Part shown: piece by piece, positions 12,701 through 24,700 of the stretch
Layout: each line of letters starts with the position of its first letter
Position numbering within the stretch: the first letter of the stretch is position 1
Source of the DNA: Laetmonice hystrix
Taxonomy: Eukaryota
NCBI GenBank assembly: GCA_965235115.1
Contig: OZ249440.1
Span: forward strand, 3,224,001 to 3,288,000
Direction: 5' to 3'
Length of the DNA: 64,000 nt
Made by a program: the position numbers and the translations under genes
The notes under the pieces: model-generated
Seen by the model: only the letters and a program-made list of their open reading frames with translations
Databases searched by the model: none
Told to the model about the DNA's origin: nothing

Positions 12701-15700
12701 ACTCTTTAGGGGGGGGAGGGGGGTCTGGAAGGAAGTACTCTCTGTACGCTCGTGAAAATGATGAAAATGATGGACGGCCCCTAAGTTAGCCTATGTCTTA
12801 ATGTGTTATTGTAAAAAATATTCTGTAGGCCTGGATGCACGCATAACGTNNNNNNNNNNNNNNNNNNNNNNNNNNNNNNNNNNNNNNNNNNNNNNNNNNN
12901 NNNNNNNNNNNNNNNNNNNNNNNNNNNNNNNNNNNNNNNNNNNNNNNNNNNNNNNNNNNNNNNNNNNNNNNNNNNNNNNNNNNNNNNNNNNNNNNNNNNN
13001 NNNNNNNNNNNNNNNNNNNNNNNNNNNNNNNNNNNNNNNNNNNNNNNNNNNNNNNNNNNNNNNNNNNNNNNNNNNCCAGATAACACATTCCGTCCGATAC
13101 TTGCAGTCCAAAGTTGATCAACTCCCCGACCGTCAGCAGCTGGAGGTCAAACAAAGGTCAATAACAGGTTAAATAGAGGTCAACCTTACCTTGATATCGG
13201 GGGATCATTGGGATCGTTACTTAGGCTAAAACAATTCATTACAGTGGTGGATGTTTGTTTTTAAATATAAAATGGTTCAAACTCAACATAATTGAAAACG
13301 TTGAACGCTCTCATGACGTCAGTCAATGACGTCAGTCAATGACGTCAGTGCTGTAGGTAGTTTGAGAAGGACTCGGTAGGGGGCGCTTACGTTGTCCTCG
13401 TTAGAGATGAAAGTTTTCATATCTCCGTTCTCCATGTATGGCAGTAGGACGTAGACCCGGTTGTTCTCGATGACGACCCCCAGTAGATGAAGGACGTGTA
13501 TGTGTTTGAAACCTTTCATGATGGTTGCCTCCTCCAGAAATACCCCAACATCCCTCGGTGTCACGTGGTACTCTGTACAGATACAATCAACCGGTTAGTA
13601 CACGTGATTGGCGAGAACCAGTTAGTACACGCGAGAACCAGTTAGTACACGCGAGAACCAGTTAGTACACGCGAGAACCAGTTTCATATCCTCTTTGTGC
13701 CATTCCACATGAAAGCTAGGATACCTGTTGAGTCTCATAGAAACTAGGTATACCAAACGGCCATGGGTCATTGTCGGTTCGTAACACCGTTCTCACATCC
13801 TTGTAAGGAAATAATAGAAATCTTCGGGGAGATGGGGAATGTATGCAAGCTTAGGAGTGAAATGTGCAGCGTAGGAGAAAAATATAGTGTCAGAGTAAAA
13901 TGACCCCAGACGCCATAAGTCTCTGGCAGTGGAAGCCATGATTCCTTGACAATGGAAGCCATGAATCCCTGACATTGGAAGCCATGAGTCCCTGACAATG
14001 GAAGCCATGGATTCCTGACACTGGAAGCCATTAGTCTCTGACAAAGGAAGCCATGAGTCCCTGACAATGGAAGCCATGGATTCCTGACACTGGAAGCCAT
14101 TAGTCTCTGACAAAGGAAGCCATGAGTCCCTGACAATGGAGACCATGATCCCCTGACAGTGGAAGCCATGATTCTCTGACAATGGAAGCCATGATTCCCT
14201 GACAATGGAAGCCATAAGTCCCTGACAATGGAAGCCATGGATCCCTGACACTGGAAGCCATGATTCCTTGACAATTGAAGCCATGATTCTCTGACACTGG
14301 AAGCCATGATCCCCTGACAGTGGAAGCCATGAGTCCCTGACAATGGAAGCCATGATTCCCTGACAATGGAAGCTATGAGTCCCTGACAATGGAAGCCATG
14401 ATTCCCTGACAGTGGAAGCCATGATTTCCTGACAATGGAAGCCATGAGTCTCTGACAGTGGAAGCCACGAATCCCTGACAGTGGAAGCCATGATTTCCTG
14501 ACAATGGAAGCCATGAGTCTCTGACAGTGGAAGCCATGAGTCCCTGACAATGGAAGCCATGACTGTTATCGGGCTTGGTTTACACACAACCTGTCAATTT
14601 ACCTCGTAACGTTTTGATGGCGACTGGGATATGTTCCGAGTAGAGGTCGTCTGTAAGTCGCCCTAGGTAAACCCGTGCAAAGTGACCTGGGAATAAGACG
14701 AGCAGGTTGTTAGATAGTTTCACAGGAAGATAGGATTGACATTAGATTAAAACATCTACACTCTACACTTGATATCCCGGGAGATCTCAACGTCCCCACT
14801 CGGATGTCATCAGTTATCAATACATTGTCGTTAGATTAAACCATCTACACTCTACACTTGATATCCCGGGAGATCTCAAGGGAAACGATTGTCGTTAGAT
14901 TAAAACATCTACACTCTACACTTGATATCCCGGGAGATCTCAAGGGAAACGTCCCCACTGTCCTCAGTTATCAATACATTGCCATTAGATTAAACCATCT
15001 ACACTCTACACTTGATATCCCGGGAGATCTCAAGGGAAACGATTGTCGTTAGATTAAAACATCTACACTCTACACTTGATATCCCGGGAGATCTCAAGGG
15101 AAACGGCCCCACTGTCCACAGTTATCTATACATTGTCGTTAGATTAAAACATCTACACTCTACACTTGATATCCCGGGAGATCTCAAGGGAAACGGCCCC
15201 ACTCGGGTGTCCACATACAGTTATCAATACATTGTCGTTCTCCCTTTGTATCCCCTTTGTCTTGTCGTGCATGTGGCCTTCTTTTTGTACCGTGTACAAA
15301 GAGACGTGGGCCCGTTGGGAGTATATTAAAGACCCTCTTTGTGAATGGCCCGCGACTGGGGAGCGGGTAGAGAGGGCCATCCGGCCGACAAGTCTCACCT
15401 TGTCCGATCAGCTTGCCAATCTCTATTCTCTTGTAGTCAATTAGACACTCCTGGACGGTGGTACGGAGGGCTGGGGGAAGGAGGGTGAGTACCTCCATGG
15501 TGGGGTTCACGTACGATGTCTGAGACCCTGGAGGAGGAGGAAGTCACAGTAATAAACATACAGACATACAAGGTCATACAAGGTCATAAGGACAAGGACA
15601 ACCTGTATGGTTTATTTCACCAGGACATAGTTATAGCCAGAGCACTCAAGATTCATTCCGCTGCGACCGCTTACGGCACATGTACTTTCCGTCCTCGCCT

Positions 15701-18700
15701 CTCCCAAAACGATACGCCTTTCTCTTTCTTTCTTCATGCTGGTTCAGTAACCCAAGGAGTCGAGTCACTCACAATGTTGCATTTCTGTTTCTCCCTGGTT
15801 TTGTATTCTGGGTATGTGGGATAAATAACTGTACGACAAATGACCTGGAATAGTATTGTTTCACGCCATAAAAGAAATATCAAATTACATTTCACTTTCT
15901 AGCTCAGGATACAATGCCATCAAGAAATGTCATAATTAACTGAAGTTTCGATAAATAGGTTTCCCGGTTCTATTCAATCCAACCCACACGATATCACTTT
16001 ACACGAGTCGGCTACGGTTACCAAGGAGGAGCACTCAGTTCTAAATGCTCGTTTCCAATCAATGGTATACATTTTGTACCTGCGCCCGTTTCCTTCTAAA
16101 GAACCAGCTGGCCATCTATTAGACGTGACAGACAAAAGGGACGGAATGACGAACGGAATGACGAGATGCTAGTAGTTGTGGGAGTGGTACAGGAGGAGAA
16201 CGTGGCGACCATTGTCACCACATACACCGACTACATTTTTTAAACAGAAAATTGTGACGGCAAAACGGAAGTACTGAGAAACACACAACTATGGTTGATG
16301 GAAAGATTCGCGGTAATACATCTTTTTTTATTTAAACCTCTCGATGAACACTCCGTGCTTTATGTGATTTAAGGTGCTATAGTCGCGTTTAATTCCGTAT
16401 TATGGTGACGTCTACCGCCTATATTCCGGCCAGAGCACATCATTTTACTTTCCGCAAGTAGTTTTTGATTGAGTAAAATCTAGGTTAATGAAGTAGGAAA
16501 CCTTTGCTCTCGCTCTAAGACACTTTAAAAAGATATAAACGAAGAAAGCTTTGGTCTGTCTTAATGGTTCATAAAATAGCGAGGACGCAAGCGCAAGGAT
16601 TTCAGTGCATGTAGTTGGGAGTAAAAAACGTTAATGAGAACGCACTTGTACGGCGTAACTCCATCTCTCATAAAATAATCCCCACCTACAGCAGACCTGG
16701 CGGCCTCCTGTGTGGGGTCTATCATGTACTCCCTCACTTTCAACATCAGAACAACCATTACTGGGTGAATGTACGTCCAGTTGCGATCCTCGAGGTGTCA
16801 TGGTAGCGGCTTGATCTCGCTCGCAGCGACATCTAGCGCTCACACCCTGAATCACGTGACTTGGTATTTACAGCGCCCCCTGGTGTGTTGTACACGTACC
16901 GTTATAAGCCGAGATGTAGGCGTTGTTTCCGGTTTTGGCTGACATCTCGAGGTGAGGATGTTTCTCGGCGTTCTTTTGTTTCGATCGTCTACAGCAGCAC
17001 ACGATGATGATAATAATGAGGAGCACTACGGCAGCCAGGCCTCCCATAATGCCGTACCGGAAGGGCATGTTTTCCCAGAAGTTATGTTCGTAATCGACCC
17101 AGCCAACGTGCTGCTTGATGTTACCCACGTATACCTAAACAAAGAACATCTAATTAGTGGCAATATTGAATTGTCTGGTATAAGATCTAGATTATGGCCC
17201 GGTACCGTGTAGAGTTGCGTATCGAGCCAGACCCTAAAATTTTTGATCATGGTACCGGTATAAATAAATGCCTGAATGAGTGAAACGCGGGAGGTCTTAT
17301 GACGTGATGACGTACAGTGACATGCGGGATACCATCCACGGGACCGTGTGTAGGGTCGGCGTCAGGTTGCCGGGCTGGAGGCCTACAGACCAGCTGATTG
17401 GTCGCCAGGTCGAGGTCCTTGCACTCTGACTGACCAATCGTAACCCTGTAATCATCGACACCACAGCCATAGTCCATCCGGGAACCCTACGAGAGAGCGT
17501 TGGATGTTTAGGTCCACAGAAAACTACACAAATTGAGGCACATGCATCTTACTGTACACTGACAAATCTTAGATCTAAGTATGAGAATTGCAGTCTATGA
17601 ATATTGATGTAGGCTATTAGATTAACCTTTAGTTTTAGTATCAGATTAAATTTGGCATACAGGTTAGCCCTATCTAATCTATCAATCATGCGGCCTATTG
17701 CTTGGCAAAAGACAAACATTTCATTGAGAAAGGAGTCTGTGCATGTGGCGCCACCTGGCGTTTATTGTCAACATTAAGATGTTGGAGTGATTATGGCAAG
17801 AATTACCTTAATAGTAATTAACTTGTTCTGGTAGGGCCAATACGGTTTGTAGGTACTGATGTGACCGTCCTCCTCAAATCTATCAATACTGGGGTCCAAG
17901 TACACCCTGAGTACAGAGTACTGTGGCATGACATTGCTTAGGTTCCGGTATCTTGTCACGCCATCTAGTAGGAATCCCAGGAAAAACTGTAACGTGTCCC
18001 GATTGAGTGGTTTGGCATGGGACGCTCGCTTGACACGTGATCTGTGCTCCTCTCTCGTCAGTGACGTCAACGGAAACTGTGCTTCGTCGTCGTTCTCTGT
18101 GGTGCTATCGACGTCACGGCGTTTCCGGATGCGTTCCTTAGGAACGTCTTTAGGGAGTTGTATATTGGGAGTCGGACAGTGCATCATTCCGGGCATCTGG
18201 ACGCTACATACCTATAGAGACAACAAACCAGCAACTTGGCAATAACTTTCAAATCTTAACTACTTCACGATATCGAGATATGTTGGAGTCACAAATCGCA
18301 TATGTAGTATAAGACATTACAAGGTAAACTGGTCCACGTTAGCCCCTAAACCTGATTCAAGGCTGGATGGGAGGGGGGGGCCTACTCCTGTAGGCTATCC
18401 ACTTCAGCTGAGAACAAAGACCTTGGTTGCTAGGGCCGCTTTTACTAAAGGTCCTTATTTAAAGACGTCGCTAATTTAACATAGAAGTGAATGGGTTGCT
18501 AGGTCGAAAATAACTACCTAGCAACCATTCACTTCTATGTTAAATTAGCGACGTCCTTAAATAAGGACCTTTAGTAAAACCGGCCCCAGACCATTAAGAA
18601 CGCTACAGGAGGATGGGATTTAAAGGTCGAACTGACCCTGTGTGGACAATTACCCTACTCTATCTCAAAAGAGAACGGTTGGAGAAGGGAAACGAAACGG

Positions 18701-21700
18701 TTACTCACCGACGGGAAAACTTTGCTGAAATCTGGGGCCGCCATGGTTACTTCCATCACTGGCCGGTGGACGGAGGTCAGGTGACTTCCTGACACCGTCA
18801 GAATGAGGCCGCCCCTGCAATCACACCACCTTGTGGTAATTAAGCGAACTAAAACCAAACACAAGCGTTCTACAGATTGGTAGACGACATCGACACTCAA
18901 AACTCGACCGGATTTTACATGACATGATAAATGCCGGGGAATTCTTGTAGAACAATAAACGAGAATAAGATGTTGATGTACATCGGAGGCATGTCCCACC
19001 TTTTTAACATGACGGTGAGGATGACCATGAATTCATGTAAGTCGATGTGCATCATGGTGACAATATCATTCAGTCATGATGACAATATTATTCAGTCATG
19101 ATCAAGTACTCAACTACCCCCCCCCCCCCCGAGTCTGAAATAATTTCTTCAATTTAGCAGAATAATTACTTCAGTTTCAAATAGATTCTTGAAATTTCTT
19201 ATGCATGTGGTTTGAACTCGTACTGGTAAATCTCGACCCGCCCAGGCACAGACCAACCAGGCGACCACAGGAACGTGTTTTTGACAGAGCCCAGTTCCAA
19301 ACAGGCCCTTCAATCCAAATATAACCCACCGCCGTTACACTGTTTTTGAAAAGTATATTTATAACATCAAAGAAGTTCTATAATCTCATCCTAAGGCGAG
19401 ATGATACTGTTTTTGATCTAAAACGTATTTTCAGTTAGGACCACGTTACGACAACGGAAACATGTCAAACAGCGTACATTGTGTCGTTGTACGATTCAAT
19501 ATTTGCTCAGCTAATGTCAACATCCTCTCTAACCTAAAAACAAACATGGACCGTTGGTTTGTTCAAATACAATGAAATTTGATAGATAAAGATTTTAGAC
19601 GTCCGTACACATCGGAACATTTCCGGAAACCGCTAGAAAATGGACTTCGGGTACATTAAGTCTATACTTCAGTCGGATAATTTTGTTCTTATGGAAAATG
19701 GCTTTAAATGTACGGACAAACAGATCTATAAATAAAACCAAAAAATACACATTCAAAAAATCCCACCAAGGTGTTAAATCCCTCCACTATATAAGCCCAG
19801 TTCCCACGCTTGTACCGAGTACCAGCTCTACCACCGGTCACCCGTCAACGTAAGTCACCCGGACAATCTGTTACAGAATCAGTTTGTCCAGAGCTGCGCA
19901 GCCTCAATTTTTGTTAACGTAAATTCAATTATAGAGGGACTTTGTCTGTCTGAACTTCGTGTTTTGGAAGCAAACATTTCCAGCTCCTACAGTGAGCGCA
20001 TATAAAGTACAAACAACGTTAGTCGGATAGAGATTGGCAGCTCACGGATCTAAGGGGAGCTTCCCCAAGTTTACGGGGGGGGGGGGGGGGGGTTAGTACG
20101 ATTCGTCATATCCTTTAAACCCTTATTCGTGTATTCGCATACTGAGCACTCCTTATATTAGTGAGCCCTACTCCCTCACAACCCCTTAGAAAGTATCCCG
20201 TCAGCAGTCCTTAGATTACCCCCTCCCCCTGCCGACCACTCCGAATACAATTCATAAATGATGTAGTTTGTAGGTCTAGTTATCCACATAGTTTAACAAA
20301 ATGAGATCATTGAGAAGGCAGATATTCGAGGTACCTGAGTCACAAGGACCACTCTGCACACAGACTACGCCTCAAGGTGTCCAGGTTTAGTTGTTTAGAT
20401 TGTGCGTGTGTCTGACAAGCTTGGTTAGCGGGGCCCGTGGGGGTTGGCCATCGACCGGACACAGTGGTTGTGAATAAAGCCATGACTTAGGGCGCCATAA
20501 TTTACATATATAAAGCCATGACTTAAGGCGCCATGATTTCCATATAAAACGGTCGTAGATCTTACATCAGGAACGTCTCCAAGGGCTCGACATGGCTGAT
20601 CTTCGGGTCGCTGAGATACGTAAACTCGTCTGGCATTGTGACGTCAGTGACGTTATTGACGTGGAGAGTGACGGGAAGCGGCGTTCCTTTGACGGAGGTG
20701 GCGGCGTGCAGCGGCAGTGACCCCGTAATACATGTCAAGGTCGTGTGGTTACTGAAAGGTCACCATCACACCGTTATGAGTAACAAGAGAGATGTAAGAC
20801 CATTCAGATGTCTGAAATCTCCCAATCTTAGAGACCATTCAGATGTCTGAAATCTCCCAATCTTAGAGACCATTCAGATGTCTGAAATCTCACAAGCTTA
20901 GAGACCATTCAGATGTCTGAAATCTCACAATCTTTGAGACCATTCAGATGTCTGAAATCTCACAATCTTAGAGACCATTCAGATATCTGAAATCTCACAA
21001 TCTTAGAGACCATTCAGATGTCTGAAATCTCACAATCTTAGAGACCATTCAGATATCTGAAATCTCACAATCTTAGAGACCATTCAGATGTCTGAAATCT
21101 CACAATCCTAGACAGGAGAGACGTCAAACCTGCCTACGGTCCTGTCATCGACTATTCATAGAATGCTGTATTCCTTTTTTAAAATTCTGAATTGTCTTTT
21201 TCCTTTTACCTTTTATACCGAATACCAGAATAGGACCGTTCTGTCTTTTCAAGTAAATAACAGTTATGTTTTGACAAAACATCACATTTTACCTATTTTT
21301 TTTTCACATAAACAAACGATACACATCTGTAAATCCGCACAAAATTCCAATATGAAAGAAAGCTTGGAGATGACCTACTTTTCTGTCGGGACAATGCTGC
21401 AGGGCACTTGGCCCACCTTCATATTGGCGTTAGAGATGTTTCCAAGGAAACCACCTCGTATTTCAAGCACCGTGCCGCCTGACTCGGGCCCAAAGGTCGG
21501 GACAACACTCCGACCGTACGGAGACTGTCAACGATCATCGGACAAAACAAATAATTATTTATCACTCATCTTCATGTCTTCCTCCATGATCTCATAGCAG
21601 GTTTGGTAAAGCTTTTCGTTTCGAGGTAATTACTTAAAATATCATGCCGTATTGTCATTAAAAATTCCTCAAAATGTTCTGTAAATGCTCAGTAAATGTT

Positions 21701-24700
21701 ACAGGATTATAGGATTTTAAAAAACATGGAGATGATATGTCTTCATAAAAAATTAAAGACTGACGATTTCCAAAACAAAATTGATTCATTTACATTTGGT
21801 ATCATCATGAAAATCTTGTTGAAGCACTGGATCAAATGGAAGTTATTAAAGGTATCCTTACACATTTGTAGTTGGTGACCGCTGGGTCCCCGGCGCCCGG
21901 GATACAGTGACATCTACCGGTGTTTGCGTCACATGAAGCGCCCCCTATCGTACCCGGAGGGTAACACCCACACGACCTGCACCCGGCCTCGAGCCTCGAT
22001 TCCATACCAAACATGCCCTTGGCACACTGCCCGCACCGCCGACCCTGTACCGCCGACTTACACCGACATTGCCCCGACGTGACGTCACAACTCTCCGAAC
22101 CATTCACCGTACCCATGACGTAACAAGCGCACGGTAGGCAGCCACCTACCGTCGACCTCCCGAACCCGTACGTGGCGTCTTTACATTGATCACAGCGTCT
22201 GCCACTGGTGTTGATCTTACATGGACACTGTCCGCCTAGATCTCGGCAATCTCCGCCGGCCTTCGGGTCCGACCCAGACTCCACACAGTCACAGAGGTGG
22301 ACGCAGCCGTTTTTGGACATGTCCGATTCGTTGTTTGCGTAGTATCCCGGTTTGCATTTGTCACAGCGCCGACCAATGACGTTAGTTCTACACGTACACT
22401 GACCTGTCAACTGATTGCAGGTCCGTGTTTCTGAACCCAGCGGGTCACACTCACACGGTGAACATCCTCGTGGGTTCGACTTAGTCAAGTTATAGAACCC
22501 ATCAATACATTGGCCACATGCCTGACCTGTGAACGAAAATAAATTTTCCTGAACTTTTTTTGTTTATTTGTTTTAAAGATATTATAACGTGCATAAACAC
22601 GAGAGAAAGACAGACCAAACTCGACCGATTTAGAGATACGAGTGAAATATAGTGCAATCTAAATTGAAGAGTCAAGTATGCAAAAAAATATTGGCCGCTC
22701 TGGCCTGCACTTACCTGTAACTGTTGTTTTACATTGACACTGTCCGTTATTCTGATCACAACTGCTTCCCATAGAACCTGTCGGGTCACACGCGCACGAG
22801 CTACAGCCCAGCGGATTGGTTGATTCTAATTTATAATAACCCTTCTTGCATACGTCACACTCCATGCCCGTGACGTGGTCTTTGCAGGCGCACTGCGCCG
22901 TGATGACGTCACAAACGTTATTGCCGTTCTTGGTTCCGTTAATGTAGCACGTGCACGGCCGGCAGCCATCTTTGTCAGACGCTCTCAATCCAAAGTAGCC
23001 CGGTCTACAGGTGTCGCACCGACGCCATCCGACCTTGGGCTTACACTTACACTGTCCGCCGAACTGTGGATCAAAAACAGTAGCCGATTTTACAAGCTGG
23101 CTCACAGTTCTGTCAGCCCAACACATCGGCTGTAGCTGGTTTTAGCACAACATGGCACCAAGTATCAATTATTTACTGTGATCTGGCCCATAATAGTCAG
23201 ACCTACATCTTCATAAGTGTATATTTCAGTTAATAGATTAGTGTTGAATTAGTTGAATTTGGCGTTTCGAAGCCAACTGTTTTTGGTTTTTAATCGTTTG
23301 ATGAGGAAAATGAGGGGTTAAAGGGGAAACTATAAAATAAAAAAATAAAAAATTAAAAATAAAATAAAAATAAAACTATAAAAAAAATATAAAATTTCAT
23401 CATTCTCCGCACTGATCTACCCTGAGATTCCCTCTACCCCCTACCTGACTTCTAACTACTTACAGTTTCACAGTTGTGGTCTCCGTCCACGGTACCGGCC
23501 GGCTCACAATCACAAGGTCGGCAGACGTCAATGGCGTACTCATCTTTGGTCGTATCCTTGTACGTACCCATCACACACTCATCACACTGGCGCCCTCTAG
23601 TGTACGTCTCGTTCGCGCATGCGCAGACGTAGGGCGTCACTGACGTATCGCAGGATCTCGCGTGCCCGTGACAGTCACACCTAGTTACGTAATATTAGTT
23701 AGACTGTGGGATTTGAATACGTGGGGACATATTTTATGAATACTCTATGTAAATACTGAGACAATACTAAAGAGTCACCAGGCCTGAGTTAGTTTGACGT
23801 TGTTTGTTGTTTATGATGAGTCAGCAGACCGCCTCCATCCATGCCTACCTGGCGTCCACCGTGACCTCAGCCAGGGCGTGATACATGTGGTTCTCATTCT
23901 GGACAAAGGGATGTCCGCGCATGGTGAGACGTACAGCGTCCGCCTGGAGAAACTGACGTAACGAGTAGGACGTCGTGTTAGTCGACGTCCCAGGACGTCC
24001 TGCCAGCAGGTCCAGGACTATCTCACCGTTAGAATACGGCGGCGTCCCTTCTTTTCTAAAATTTAACAAAAAAATAAATCTGGTTAAAAAGAGTGATGTT
24101 GTCAGGTCTAACTCCGTCATCACGTAGACTATGCTCACGTGTTTAAAGGTGCTATTCGTCTCGCACAGAATGACATTTCTCCTATCATACATTGTGCACA
24201 TAGTACTAGAAAAAATTCCTACCGATACCATTGACCTGATAAACCTTCTATTAGTTTGTGTGCAGCATTTGAAACCTATCTCGGTGCGCACCGAGATAGA
24301 GCCATTTCCTATGGTGGGGCGTGTCAGGGTCTCCACAGGCCTTCTGAGAGAGCCCCATTTGTGCCGTTATCCATGAACAATTTTGATTTCCTTTGTTGTG
24401 AATCTATTTCCATGATAGGTGGGATCACCTAAACGTCAACAAAATTAAAAATAAAAAAATTAAATTTTTGTTCACGAATAGCACCTTTAAAATATCATTT
24501 GCATAAAGTACGTTCTTCCGTTATCATTTAGTGTTGTGTGTAGGAATTACTTGTAGGTATTTCCACATCCTTTGTTCCGTATAGTCAAGAGTTACTCACG
24601 GGACCATCGACCGACAGTTGACACTGTCCTCAGCTACAAGCTCGCCATTCGCCGGAAGGCTGAAAATACTCTGACAGTCATGCGCATACAGTTGCCATGG

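Noticed and set aside
13768-14587. 260-aa repetitive ORFs
   Set aside because: Translation of the 23-bp intronic array in multiple frames.
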